Shown here: positions 23,251-39,000 of the stretch, piece by piece
Numbering within the stretch: the first letter of the stretch is position 1
How the letters are laid out: every line of letters begins with the position of its first letter
DNA from: Emiliania huxleyi CCMP1516
Taxonomy: Eukaryota
Assembly (NCBI RefSeq): GCF_000372725.1
Contig: NW_005201102.1
Span: 62,001 to 126,000 of the forward strand
Direction of reading: 5' to 3'
Length of the DNA: 64,000 nt
The notes under the pieces: model-generated
What the model was told of the DNA's origin: nothing
What the model saw: only the letters and a program-made list of their open reading frames with translations
The model's database searches: none
Position numbers and translations under genes: made by a program

Positions 23251-24009
23251 ATGGGGCGCGCTACAGGCGTGGCCAAGTTCTCGCTACGGCTCGTCGACGC
23301 GGCCACGGGTGAGCCGCTCAAGGAGTACACCGACTCCCAAGGGCGCGAGTGGGTGGCGGGCGAGGACGATCAAGAGTTCTTCGTCGAGCTGGCCAACGAA
23401 GCGGGAGCAGGTCGCGTCAAGGCCTTTGTGACGGTGGATGGCTCCAGCATCGGGTACAACTGGCAGATTGTGGGCGAGGCGGCGAGTTCCAGCCAGCTGG
23501 GACCGCTCAAGACCGGGCAGCAGACAGCGGCCGGCGCGACAGTGGTGGCGCATGCCTTCAAGTTCAAGCAGGCGGACGAGACGGGCGACGATGGCGAGGC
23601 CTCCGAAGGCGCGCCACCGCCGTATGGCCGCGTGGAGGTCTCGTGGAAGCGCGCGACACTCAGCGACGTGCCCACGCCCACCCAAGGCTTTCAGACGGCG
23701 GCCTGGGCGGGCAAGGGAGTGTCAACGTCGTCCAAGAAGGAGGGTATGGGCGCGCTCAAGAGCAGCACCGGCGCCGCCCCAACTTCGCTTGCCTGGTCCA
23801 GCCAGTCTTGGACCGTGCACGATGAGGTCGCCAGCGCCACGATCCTCTACTCTTCTCAGTTTGGCCTTGCCGTGCGCGGGATGAGGCCCGACGCTCGACC
23901 TGTGGCCGGCACGTCGGCCGACGCCGACGACGAGCCGCTGCAGGGGCCGGCGCGACGCCGCCGACGCACCGAGGGGCGAGACGAGTCGTCGGCAATCGTG
24001 CTCGAGTGA
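23251..24009 (+). CDS. Hypothetical protein (252 aa)
   Basis: Intronless ORF with GC-rich third codon positions; globular-looking PLKEY...WVAGEDDQEFFVEL...VTVDGSSIGY segment. Confidence 0.65.
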   Translation: MGRATGVAKFSLRLVDAATGEPLKEYTDSQGREWVAGEDDQEFFVELANEAGAGRVKAFVTVDGSSIGYNWQIVGEAASSSQLGPLKTGQQTAAGATVVAHAFKFKQADETGDDGEASEGAPPPYGRVEVSWKRATLSDVPTPTQGFQTAAWAGKGVSTSSKKEGMGALKSSTGAAPTSLAWSSQSWTVHDEVASATILYSSQFGLAVRGMRPDARPVAGTSADADDEPLQGPARRRRRTEGRDESSAIVLE

Positions 24010-24439
24010 GGACGAACCCTCGCCGCACCCGCGGAGACAGACGACAGAGCGTGGCGGGCAGCAACAGAGGGAACACAGACACGAGTCCAGGGGCCAGAGT
24101 GCGGGCAGAGCGCGGGCAGCTCTAGTCCCACGGTTACAGTACGTAGTACATGCGGGTGCGACCCCCGCCGGCCGGTAGTGGTTTCGGTTGGCGCGGTCCG
24201 GGCTGAACAGAAAAAGTTTCTGCAGAAGTTTGTACGCACGTTCCGCGTAGAGGGGGGGGGGGGGGAATTCGCCGTTTTGGTAACGAGGCGACTAAAGTAC
24301 GCGGCCCGGCGGTCGATCTGCGCCTTCTCAGCGGTGGAGGGGATGTGGGCGGTACGTGCGGATCGCGTGGTGCTGCGATGGTTTGACGAGTGCGACTCCC
24401 AGCGTCGACTTTGCGACCCCACGGAGCCTCTGCTGCTCC

Positions 24440-25000
24440 GGCGTCCGGGGCCATCTGCGGGGGGGGGTCTGGAGACCACCCGGCCGAACTTCATCGTGGC
24501 GGTGCTCCTCAAATACCGCTCAAACGCCCACGATGTTGTGGAGGGGACATATGCTGATGATCCTGGCCCGATTGGTTCGCTCAGAAAGCTTCTGGGCGGT
24601 CGTTCTAGGTTCGCTCCCCGCACACCGGCCCCGGAATAAGATACATTCATAGAAGCGCCGGCCAGCGAAGATCGGCGCGTCGGCTGCCGCGTCGGCGCGC
24701 GAGACGCAGAAGGGCGGAAGCAGCAATCCGCGTCGCAGCAGGCGCAGCAGCACTTGTCGCAGCCGGAGCCAGTGAGAGGGACGAACGGCCTTCTGTCCAT
24801 AGCCCAACGCCATGACAAACCCGGAGAGGAGGTAGACGAGTCCCATGGAGGAGCCGGCCTGCAGATCGGAGAATCGCCCGGCGAGCCCAGTGAAGGACAC
24901 GTAGTGCCCTATCGCGACGTGCATCGCCGCAAGACCTCGAAGCCCGTCTAGCGAGCGCGTGTCCAGCCGAGTGCGGGCGTCCTTCTCCAAAGGGGCTGAC
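24440..25000 (-). pseudogene. Acyltransferase-3 (OafA-like) N-terminal fragment, frameshifted/truncated
   Basis: SLDGLRGLAAMHVAIGHY and LVYLLSGFVMALGY motifs, RRFY; frame breaks afterwards. Confidence 0.65.
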
Positions 25001-25565
25001 ACGCGACGACCACAGGAACGGCGAGGAGCGCGAGGAGGGAGAAGCCAAGGATCAGATAGAGCAGTCGGTAGATGAAGGTCGTCGACACAATCATACTCAG
25101 TAGGTCACGCCCAGGAACGTCACGGGATCTCCAACATTTCGAGGTGCGCCGCGGGAGAAGCCGCACTGCTCTCCGAGTCCCGGGACTGCGAAGCAGTCCG
25201 TCCCCTGCGCACCGTCCGTCCAGACGCCGTTCGGGCTCGTGCACCTATTAGGCAGGAGAGATTAGCGAAAATTCTGCGGGAATCGTGGGCAAGGCGTCAA
25301 TTCACAGCTGGGGTGCAAGTCGTTGATGGCGGCTCAGCTGTGAGCGCTGTCAGAGCGGTGTTTCGACACCGATATCGTTCAAGGAGAACGCTGATTCAAA
25401 ATCCGCTGTTCACGCTTCACAGGTAAGTGTAAGCGGAGCAGCTGAGTAGATACAGCGAATCCTTTGTGTTCACACCTGCAAGAGCAGGTGTGAACCGATT
25501 TCGGCCTTAGCCGTCGGTATGCCAATATCGCGTTGAGAAGCCGTCCAAATCAGTATGCTCGCAAA

Positions 25566-26762
25566 ATGCGTCGTCCCAAGATGTTGAGGTACTTCTTCGG
25601 CGGGCCGGAGAAGCCACCTCCTCCGCCTATTGACCCAAAGCCTTGGGACGGCTTCCACCAACTCGTCGAGGTGCCAGACGGCACGACACAAATTCCCCGC
25701 AACGCCTTTCACGCCAAGTCGTGCCTGCAACGAGTCACACTCCCGAACTCGCTCGTCTATATTAGTAAAGGCAGCTTCATGAACTGCAGCGGGCTCCTGT
25801 CGATTGTCATTCCTGCCGGCTGCTCTGTCGAGCAGCACGCCTTCCAGAATTGCGGCGTCAGGTCTGTACTCCTTCCCGCCGGCCTCAAGGAGATCAGACA
25901 AGGCACGTTCGTCGGATGTAAGAGACTCCGGGACATCAACATTCCCGCCAGTGTGGAGCGCATCCACCGGACCGCCTTCCTCTGGTGCGCGCGCGTGTCT
26001 CTCCTCCATATGACACGTCTGTCTCTCCTCCTCAATACCAACGCACTCGACTCCAGGTGCCACGACCTGAACCACATCCGCCTTCCCGACGGCCTCATCA
26101 GCATCGGAAGATCGGCCTTCTCCTACAACAGCTCCCTCGCGTCCATCACCTTCCCCGCCAGCCTCACGCTGATCGAGCACAGCGCCTTCTCGAGCTGCAG
26201 CGCCCTCAAGCAGGTCGTCGTCCCGACCACCACAGAGATTGCGGACCGCGCCTTCCATCCGTGCACCAGGATCGTCCGCCTCCCACCCGCACGGATGCGC
26301 GCGCGGCAGAACTGGCACGCGGCGGTCGACGCGGCGCTCGCCTACAAGCGCTGCCGCCCTCAGCTCTACGGCTGGCTCGAGCGGGCGCAGAACCGGCTCG
26401 GGTCCTATGGCCCCGACGGCGCGGCGCGCAAGCGCGACCGCGAGGAGTTTGAGCGCGACCGGCTGCTCTCCCCGTTCGTCACGCGGGCAAGCTCGAGTGA
26501 GGAGCATGCTGGCCAAGGGTCGCTAATACGAGCTGCAAGTGCCTCTTCAAGTGGCCTCGTTCCTCGGCCCTCGGTCCGCTTCGCCGCCGGACTCGACGTC
26601 GTCGTACGAAACGAGCTACGCGGGGGGGCCGCAGACTCACTTGGAGTGGAGCCTCTACGACGAGAGCGCCGCCCCTCTCGGACAGTTCACCCTCGCCTGC
26701 GCGCCTTTGGGGTGGGTGGGTCATTAGGAATGGTCTGTCGGGGCCATCTAGGGGGGGTTTGA
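25566..26762 (+). CDS. BspA/TpLRR-type (LRR_5) leucine-rich repeat protein
   Basis: Repeats LPNSLVYISKGSFMNCSGL, LPAGLKEIRQGTFVGCKRL, LPDGLISIGRSAFSYNSSL, FPASLTLIEHSAFSSCSAL. Confidence 0.85.
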   Translation: MRRPKMLRYFFGGPEKPPPPPIDPKPWDGFHQLVEVPDGTTQIPRNAFHAKSCLQRVTLPNSLVYISKGSFMNCSGLLSIVIPAGCSVEQHAFQNCGVRSVLLPAGLKEIRQGTFVGCKRLRDINIPASVERIHRTAFLWCARVSLLHMTRLSLLLNTNALDSRCHDLNHIRLPDGLISIGRSAFSYNSSLASITFPASLTLIEHSAFSSCSALKQVVVPTTTEIADRAFHPCTRIVRLPPARMRARQNWHAAVDAALAYKRCRPQLYGWLERAQNRLGSYGPDGAARKRDREEFERDRLLSPFVTRASSSEEHAGQGSLIRAASASSSGLVPRPSVRFAAGLDVVVRNELRGGAADSLGVEPLRRERRPSRTVHPRLRAFGVGGSLGMVCRGHLGGV

Positions 26763-26985
26763 CGTGGTGACGCCGTCGCTAAGTTGGAGTGCATGTCTGG
26801 TGTTTACTAGCTCCGAGTAGAGGGGGCGTTCTGCTGCTAGGGGAAACCCGGAGCGCGGTACTAGCCCCTGACTCTGTCTCTGAGCCGCTGCGCAGTCGGC
26901 CTAGTTTGTTTTGTGTTTATTAGCCAAACTGTTAGCCGTCACCCATGTTTGCCCTCGCCCCTCCGTCACGCTGCCTCCTGCTCCT

Positions 26986-27164
26986 GAGCGGCCGCACATT
27001 GCTCGGTAGAGCCGTATACCCCCCCTGCCCTTCTAAAGTCATCCCTGCTGCTAGGGGGGGGGGTCTGACCCCCCAGCAGCAGAGCGCTGCTGCTCAAAAC
27101 GGGGGGGGGGGTCGGCCATGACTTTAGAAGGGCAGGGGGGGTACCGAGCAATGTGCGGCCGCTC
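26986..27164. mobile_element. Nested MITE-like structure: ~125-bp element with 24-bp TIRs flanked by TA, inserted in a 23-bp-arm hairpin
   Basis: CCCCCCCTGCCCTTCTAAAGTCAT (27019-27042) / ATGACTTTAGAAGGGCAGGGGGGG (27118-27141); outer GAGCGGCCGCACATTGCTCGGTA (26986-27008) / TACCGAGCAATGTGCGGCCGCTC (27142-27164). Confidence 0.75.
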
Positions 27165-27620
27165 CCTGGCAGGCTCCTCTCTCTGACCCTCTCCTCTCTC
27201 GCGTCTCGGGCGGGGCTGCTTCTCTCTCTCCTCACTTCTCGTCGCTATCACTCCCTCACGGTCTCAGCCCTACACCTGGCCGCATTCTACATTCCTCGCT
27301 TTCGCAGCCCGCGCATCGCGCACATGCCGCGGCATGGTCCCATGTGGAGTCGACGAGAGTAGTTGCAAGTTGTTGGCCCACCAGCCTGCCTCCCCACACA
27401 TCCCACACAACAACGCTCCCCCCCCCCCCCTTCTGGTTCGCTATTCACTTCCTACATACGTATTTTACTTTCTGAAACTCAGTAACTTCTCAACCCGTCC
27501 CTCTAACACACGAACACCTGACCTCCCCCCCACAGAGCTCGCACCTCAGCCTCGCGCTCGCAGTGCTGGCGCGCGTCGAAGCCTGGCTTGCGCCGTCGCT
27601 CGGGGCGTCGGCGCTCGCAC

Positions 27621-31237
<3,617 letters not shown>

Positions 31238-31853
31238 TCACACCGGAGTACTGGTGCATCCAGCCCTCACACACAGAGTCTTAGGTATGTTGTTGGCAAA
31301 TCAAGACACAGAGCTCACACAGAGTCTGGCTCTGCTGTGAAAACGAAAGAGGACGTACGCGCCTACTTTCAAGACAACTTAACGCGTTCCTACGACGTGC
31401 CTATGGCTGAGCCGCCCAATGGCGCTCGCCCACTTGCCTACCACAGCCGAGCGCCTCGCGCCCGGCTCTGGGCCCCGCGACAACGCTTCGCGCAGTCTTG
31501 ACAATGGAAACCGACCGGCTCCGCTCCTGCCAGCGGGCCGTCTTGCTTCTGCGACGATTCTGACAGAAAAGTTTTGTCGGCCAAGTTGCTTCAGAGCCAA
31601 CCACAGCTCGAACATGCAGCAGAGAGGGTGAAGTGAGGGTGCCAGGCGGTGCGCCTACATCGGGGCTGCCACGCGGGATCGCTTCCCGACCGTCGCGAGC
31701 ACTCTGGAAATCCAGTGCCTCTCACCCTCGCACTTCTCTACGCATGTGCCCTTCACCATCCCGTGGGCCCACTGCGGGCCGGATGGAGTGGCGCAGGCTC
31801 GCATCACATGCGTGTGAGCGCAGCGGCCTCGCCGAGATACACTCTGATGCGCA

Positions 31854-32341
31854 GGGGTGCGGACCCGAGGACCGCCAGCCACCAACGGTGCGCTCATAAG
31901 AACACTCGCCACCACGGCTCGAGTTGGGAGAAGGGGTGCGGACCCGAGGACCGCCAGCCACCAACGGTGCGCTCATAAAACCACTCGCCACCACGGCTCG
32001 AGTTGGGAGAAGGGGTGCGGACCCGAGGACCGCCAGCCACCATCGGTGCGCTCATGAGACCACTCGCCACCACGGCTCGAGTTGGGAGAAGGGGTGCGGA
32101 CCCGAGGACCGCCAGCCACCAACGGTGCGCTCATGAGACCACTCGCCACCACGGCTCGAGTTGGGAGAAGGGGTGCGGACCCGAGGACCGCCAGCCACCA
32201 ACGGTGCGCTCATGAGACCACTCGCCACCACGGCTCGAGTTGGGAGAAGGGGTGCGGACCCGAGGACCGCCAGCCACCAACGGTGCGCTCATGAGACCAC
32301 TCGCCACCACGGCTCGAGTTGGGAGAAGGGGTGCGGACCCC
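31854..32341. repeat. 79-bp minisatellite, 6 full copies plus a partial copy
   Basis: Units start at 31854, 31933, 32012, 32091, 32170, 32249, 32328; near identical. Confidence 0.95.
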
Positions 32342-33231
32342 GCCGCCCGAGAGCACTCCCACCCCCGCCGCCCTCGCAAGCTCACAGGTTGATTTGAGGA
32401 GAAGCAGCTGGGGGAGGTCAAAGCGGGAGAAGGCGGCACGGCGGCGGCGGCGCGGCCCCCCCCCATCCCCACGCCTCCGGGTCGTGCGTACCGCCTCCGG
32501 GCGTGAGTGTCCCCCCAGCGTCTGCTCCAGCAGTCGCTCCGGTAATCAGGCCGAGAGTACCAGGGAGGAGGGGAGAAGAGCCCAGGGTGGGGAGAGGAGA
32601 AGAGCCTAGGGAGGGGGGAGGAGAAGAGCCCAAGGCGGCCTCCCTCTCCCTCCCCTCCCACCGGGCCTCCCTCTCCCTCTCCTCCCACCGGGCCTCCCTC
32701 TCCCCCTCCTCCCGCCAAGCACCGACAGTCTCGAGGGGCCAGCCGCTGGGGGAACCACCTCCGAAGGGGGGGTGGACGTACGCCGGCGGCATGAGGGCTT
32801 CAACCACACAGCTACCAAGGGAACGCGACCCACACAAAGCACCAAAGTTAGGCATACCCCCCGGCGCAGTGTCCCCCGAGCTATGTGTCGCCGTTTGTCG
32901 GGGCACGCTATCCTGTGCAGTCAGGGCAAGTGGGGGCGGGGTGGAGTGCCCAGGCCAGATGCCCTGGGATTTCTCTGCCCAGTCCGGGGGTGCGTCGAAC
33001 CTTCCATCACCCTGGGAACGTCCGGGTGTTGGAAGTAAAGATATATTACTCTCTCCTTGTGATGCGTGCGTACCTCGCTTGAAACCCGCTTGTCGTGTCA
33101 CGAGTCGCCCGTAATACGCGCGATCCGGACGCGCGTGTGTTTCAAGCCGCGTCCGTCGCGACGACGCCGCGGTCCGACACTGTGGAGAAGCGTTTAGAGC
33201 CGGCCGAACCGCGAACCGCCCATTTGAGTAG

Positions 33232-34683
33232 TCAAGCGGATGCGGGCGTGCTAGGCGGCCACGCCTCGACCTTCTTGGGCAGCAGCTGGTTCGACACGTC
33301 CTCTCCGTGGCCTAGGCAGCCGCGTTCACCCGTGCCGCAGGTAAAGACGGCGCCGTCGGCAGAGATTGCGAGGCTGTGGCTGCATCCAGCCGAGACAGCG
33401 ACGACGCGCCGCCCAGCAAAGGCCTCGACCTTCTTGGGCAGCAGCTGGTTCTGCTCGTCGCCGTGGCCCAGCCTGCCATCGACTCCCCTGCCCCAGCTCC
33501 AGACACCTCCGTCGGTGGTGAGGGCGAGGCTGTGGAATAGTCCAGCCGACACAGCGACGACGCGCCGCCCCGCAAACGCCTCGACCTTCTTGGGCAGCAG
33601 CTGCTGCTGCAGGTCGCCGTGGCCCTGGCCCAACTGGCCATATTCTCCACGGCCCCAGCTCCAGACACTGCCGTCAGCGGTGAAGACGAGGCTATGTTCT
33701 CCAGCCGACACAGCGACGACGCGCCGCCCAGCAAAGGCCTCGATCTTCTTCGGCATATGCTGGTCATGCTTGTCGCCGTGGCCCAACTGGCCACAGGCTC
33801 CATAGCCCCAGCTCCACACCGCGCCGTCAGCGGTGATGACGAGGCTGTTCGCGGATCCAGCCGACACAGCGACGACGTGCTGCCCAGCCAAGGCCTCAAC
33901 CTGCTTGGGCAGCAGCTGCTCCTCCTCGTCGCCGTGGCCCAACCGGCCAAAGTTTCCTTCGCCCCAGCTCCAGACGGCTCCGTCGGCGGTGAGGGCGAGG
34001 CTGTGGTTGATTCCAGCCGCCACAGCGATGACGCGCTGGCCAGCGAAGGCCTCGACCTTCTTGGGCATCAGCAGGTCCTCCTCGTCGCCGTGGCCCAACC
34101 GGCCATAGGTTCCATCGCCCCAGCTCCAGACGGCGCCGCCGGCGGTGAGGGCAAGGCTGTGGTCGCCTCCAGCCGAAACACTCACGGCGCGCTCGCCGCC
34201 CAGCGTCGACGGGAGGCGGGTCGGCGTGTTGCGCCGTGTCACGCCCTCGCCCTGCCCGAGGAGGCCTGGGCTCCAAGGCTCAGCCGCTCCGCACGACGAG
34301 AGCCGCCCCTCGCCGTCGATGAAGACGCTGTGCCATGGGCCTGCCGCCGCCCTCGCCGGCGGGTTGGACTCGCACAGCAGCGCAGCGAAGCACAGCCACC
34401 GCACGGCGCAGCCCTCGTCCTCCGGCTGCGCCGGCAGCTCGAAGCCGCGCTCTTGCGCCCACAAGCGGATGCCCTGCACCGCGAGCGAGGCGTGAAAGAG
34501 AAGCGAGACGGCCGCGACGCGAGCGATGTCGATGGGGCATTCGAAGCGAGAGAGGGCGCGCACGAGGAGCTCCGTGGGGAGGTCGAGGAGGCGGGCGGGT
34601 GGTGGCGTGATTGGCGAGGGCGCGGCGGTGGCGACGGCGGCGAGGCGGCGCGAGCGGCGCGAGCGGCGCGGGAGGGTGGACAT
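33232..34683 (-). CDS. F-box-like + RCC1 (UVR8-like) repeat protein
   Basis: RLLDLPTELLVRAL (F-box) then ~6 repeats VVAVSAGxxHSLALTADGAVWSWGxGxxGRLGHGD. Confidence 0.9.
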   Translation of the reverse strand: MSTLPRRSRRSRRLAAVATAAPSPITPPPARLLDLPTELLVRALSRFECPIDIARVAAVSLLFHASLAVQGIRLWAQERGFELPAQPEDEGCAVRWLCFAALLCESNPPARAAAGPWHSVFIDGEGRLSSCGAAEPWSPGLLGQGEGVTRRNTPTRLPSTLGGERAVSVSAGGDHSLALTAGGAVWSWGDGTYGRLGHGDEEDLLMPKKVEAFAGQRVIAVAAGINHSLALTADGAVWSWGEGNFGRLGHGDEEEQLLPKQVEALAGQHVVAVSAGSANSLVITADGAVWSWGYGACGQLGHGDKHDQHMPKKIEAFAGRRVVAVSAGEHSLVFTADGSVWSWGRGEYGQLGQGHGDLQQQLLPKKVEAFAGRRVVAVSAGLFHSLALTTDGGVWSWGRGVDGRLGHGDEQNQLLPKKVEAFAGRRVVAVSAGCSHSLAISADGAVFTCGTGERGCLGHGEDVSNQLLPKKVEAWPPSTPASA

Positions 34684-34819
34684 CGCGAGAAAAAGAATTA
34701 CCCCGGTCGAGAAGAAATAAACATGAGGAGCAACATTCCTAAGAGGGGAACACAGTTTCGGTAGCCCCCAAGAGCTGTCGAAAAGTCTACTCAGAGCGGT
34801 GGTTGAGGCCGATTGCCTT

Positions 34820-34920
34820 AGCGGAGGCGAGGGCGAGGGCGGCGGAGGCGAGGGCGAGGGCGGCGGCGGCGACGGCGACGGCGGCGGCGGCGAGGGCGAG
34901 GGCGAGGGCGGCGGCACTGC
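34820..34920 (-). repeat. Pro/Ser-rich (PPPSPSP) coding-like fragment, probably a relic
   Basis: GGC/GAG periodic tract with upstream stops in that frame. Confidence 0.5.
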
Positions 34921-36004
34921 GCACTGGCACTGCTACCCCTCTGACTATTTTGTTTGTGGTGATGCGTCGGAAAATTCTTTTGTGCTCTATAACGCGACGC
35001 CCTCAGCGGAGCTGGGATAGGACCGCCGCGAGCGGCGTGGCGTGGAGCGGTTGAGCATCCCTCCGGGGGCCCCTCTGCGCCGGGGAGGCGTTGTTGGAGG
35101 CTAGGACGCAAGCGTCCGTCGCCCTTTTTCAAACTCGGGGCCCACTCCGCTACGCTCCGACCCGAATTTGGAGGGCCTAAAAGTTTAAGGTGTTGCTGCG
35201 CAAAAGGAAGACGCTCCACGCACAAAAAGTATATGTATCAGTTCTTACGAACGTACTTCCTCTTAGGCGGAGAAGAGAGAGAGCTATAAGTACGTAGGCG
35301 GACCCTCCCGATGCCAGGACGCATGCGGCCAACAACGCTATTCGTGCGGAAGAGCCACTGCAAGCGGACTGTGCCCCCTGAGCCAATGCGGCGGCGAATG
35401 GCAAAGCGCATACAAAAGTCGGGGTCGCAGAGAGCGTCGCGCAGCAGTTGAGCATGCTCGTCGGTCGCGTTGTTTAGGACGCCACGCCAATTATCTGCGC
35501 GCCCATCTGTTGCCTGGCATCCCCGGCGAATTCGTCGCTCGTGATCAGCTCCGCTGCCGCTCGGAGCAACCAGTGCCGTGTCGAGATGAAGCTCCGCGAC
35601 GACGCCCGTGGACTGCACGCGCAGGGAGAGGCGCACGAGCTCCCGCACGGCAAGCGACTTCTCGGCATGCGCCGCCTGACGCCTGTCGGCATCCCATTCT
35701 TGCAAGCAAGCCATTTCTACCGACCGCGTATTTTGGTCGACGGGACGGACGTTTTGGTACGTTTTGGCACCAGCTGAAGGCTTGCGTCCGCAAAAGCCCG
35801 TTGCCAACCCCCTTTTTGCCGGAGTCTCGCGAATCAATTGGCCTCCGCTCAAGGTGTGAACATATTCGCTGCGGTCAAAATTCTTTTTCTCACTGATCCT
35901 TGGCTTGACCTTGACCTTGCTTGTTGCCCGGCGCGGCAGCAGCCGACGTTTTGCGCTTTCCTTCACCGCACAGGCTTCTGCACGCACACACGGCCCCTCC
36001 CACA

Positions 36005-39000
36005 ATGCGCACGAGCGTCAACGACGAGGACAAGCAGCCTCACGGCCATCAGTCGTCGGGCTGGTCGCGCTGGCGACTGCTTCGTTGGTCACTCGCCGTG
36101 CTAATCTTGGCGCTGCTCTTCTTCTTCCTCTGCGGCGTCGTCATCCCGTTGCTCCTGTGGTCGCGCGTCAACTTCTGCGCTGTCGAGGCGTGCTCGGCCA
36201 CGTCAGAGACGACGGGGTACTTTACGCTGCCCGAAGGGAGGGTTGGCTTGGAGCTGTGCGGCCTGCTGGCGGAGCAGAGCGTGCGTAGCGACGGCGTCGT
36301 CTACGCCGACCTCACCCTGCTCCTCTTCAACCCGTCCCTCGTCCCGTTTGTCGCGCGCGACGTCTCCGGCGTCGGCCTCGAGCCGGCGCAGCTCGCCTCC
36401 TTTGGCAGCCCAGCGGAAACAGCCGCCGGCTCTCTGGCTCGCGGCGCGGCCGGCGCGTGCACCGCTTCCGGCCCCCTTCTCCTACCGGCGCTGAGCTGGT
36501 CGTCGCACACGGTGCGCTGCACGGTGGCCGTCGGCGATGCGGCGGCGAGGATGATCTCCGCGTACGCCTCCGAGAGCGAGGTGTCTGTCGGCGTGCGCGC
36601 CAGGGCGGTCGTGGCGCCAGCCTTTGCGCCGGGCCTGGTCATGAATGAATGTTGGGCCGTCAATGGATGATGAGTTGCTATCAGGCGCCAGCCTTTGCGC
36701 CGGGCCTCGCGCTGACGCAGCGCACGTCCGCAAGCAACGAGGCCCCTCCTCCCGCGCACTCCCTCCCTCCCTCTCTCTCTCCTTCTCTCCTTCTCTCCTT
36801 CTCTCACCCACACCCCTCATTCTCTCACCACCAGCGCAACCCCTCGCCTGACCGTCGCGACGTCGCTGGTAGGTCCTCAAGCTCACGCGAGGCGCCAAAA
36901 CCAGCCGCGCGGCCGCGGACGCGGCGGAAGCGGCGGCGGAGGTTGCGGCTGAGTGGGGCTGCCGCAAGTGCGGCGAGCTGACTTGCGCAGACCCGCGGCC
37001 GAAGGGCAAGGGGGTGCGGTGGAGCTCGACGACGGTGGACCGCAAGGGGGGCGCTTGCCCCTCCCTGCTCGACCTGCCCTCGCTGCGCGTGGACGAGGCG
37101 CGTTGTGTCGGCCGCACCTCGGCTGCACCTCGGCTGCACCTCGGCTGCACCTCGGCTGCACCTCGGCCGCACCTCGGCTGCACCTCGGCTGCACCTCGGC
37201 TGCACCTCGGCTGCACCTCGGCTGCACCTCGGCCGCACCTCGGCTGCACCTCGGCTGCACCTCGGCTGCACCTCGGCTGCACCTCGGCCGCACCTCGGCT
37301 GCACCTCGGCTGCACCTCGGCTGCACCTCGGCCGCACCTCGGCTGCACCTCGGCTGCACCTCGGCTGCACCTCGGCCGCACCTCGGCCGCACCTCGGCTG
37401 CACCTCGGCCGCACCTCGGCTGCACCTCGGCTGCACCTCGGCTGCACCTCGGCTGCACCTCGGCCGCACTTCCGGCTGCACCTCGGCCGCACCTCGGCCG
37501 CACCTCGGCTGCACCTCGGCTGCACTTCCGGCTGCACCTCGGCTGCACTTCCGGCTGCACCTCGGCTGCACCTCGGCTGCACCTCGGCCGCACCTCGGCC
37601 GCACCTCGGCTGCACCTCGGCTGCACTTCCGGCTGCACCTCGGCTGCACCTCGGCTGCACCTCGGCCGCACCTCGGCTGCACCTCGGCTGCACCTCGGCT
37701 GCACCTCGGCCGCACCTCGGCTGCACCTCGGCTGCACCTCGGCTGCACCTCGGCCGCACCTCGGCTGCACCTCGGCTGCACCTCGGCTGCACCTCGGCCG
37801 CACCTCGGCTGCACCTCGGCTGCACCTCGGCTGCACCTCGGCTGCACTTCCGGCTGCTCGGCAGGTGCGCTACGACGCCCTCGGCTGGGTCGGGCGCGGG
37901 CTGGTCGAGGAATGACGCGTCTTCTTGTGAACACGCCCCGCGCCTCGGCCGTCTCTTGCGGACGCCCTGCCGGAGCCTGCCGCTAGGTACGCGGCTGCGT
38001 GGCGCGAGAAAGTGGACGGAGACGAGCAGCCATCACAGTGGCAGTCGCCAAGAGTAGGACCTCGGCTGCGCCACGCGGAGAAGAGGGAGAGGGAGAGGAA
38101 GAGGACGCAGTAGCGAGGGTGGTGAAGAGTAGGACCTCGATTGCGTGACGCTCGGCATCGGCAGCCCGCTCGCAAAGGGGGCGGGCACGGTGGGCGAGGC
38201 GGGGCTAGGCATCGGGCAGGCAGGGATCGGGATCGGGCAGGCGGGCCAAGCACCGCCCCAAGCCACCAAGCACTGCCCCCAGCCACCAAGCACTGCCCCC
38301 AGCCACCAAGCACTGCCCCAAGCCACCAAGCACTGCCCCCAGCCACCAAGCACTGCCCCAAGCCACCAAGCACTGCCCCAAGCCACCAAGCACCGGCCCA
38401 AGCCACACCAAGCACCGCCCCAAGCCACCTCGGACAGGCTCGGCTCTCTCTTCTTGCCTGTCTCTTCTTTCCTGTCTCTTCTCTCCTCTCTAGTCTCTGC
38501 CCTCCTCGCCCTTCTCTCTCCTTTCCTCTCTCTCCCCTCCCTCCTCTCGCTTCTTCTCTCTTCGCCAGTCTGTCTCCATCGGCCTTCTTTCCCTCGGACA
38601 GGCCGGGCTAGGCATTGGAATCGGCGGCTCTGAGGCCGCTGTCGGCGCTGGCGCCGCGGGGATCGACGTCGCAAAGGGCGTCGGCGTCGGCCTGTTCGCG
38701 TGGGCCTCGCAGGCAGCGTACAGCCTAGACGCAGAGTATCCTTGCACCCCGACTCTCTGCGCTCCGCCGTCCTCCTCCGGTATGCGCAGCCCCTCGTGTG
38801 CCATGCGATGCTGCGTGCGATGCTGCCTAGCAGCTGCGCGCGTATTGGCGTCCTCCGGCTAGCACTTGCGACGACATTGCCTCGTCTCTCCTCCACCGCA
38901 CTCCGCGGTATTCACGGTCTTCGTAGCCCGACGTACCCTCGCGAGGGCCTCAGCTGCGAGCACACGGCGCGAGACCGTACCCCCCCCCCCCCTCCCCCCT

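Noticed and set aside
31854..32341. CRISPR array
   Set aside because: Units are identical along their full 79 bp with no unique spacers; no cas genes; eukaryotic context
35238..36005. 255-aa minus-strand ORF as a gene or transposase
   Set aside because: No recognisable motif, non-ATG start in the track, weak codon bias; cannot be supported
36482..38057. Repeat proteins (CSRGAAEVQPR / TSAAPRLHLG)n
   Set aside because: Translations of an 11-bp intronic tandem repeat that is open in all frames
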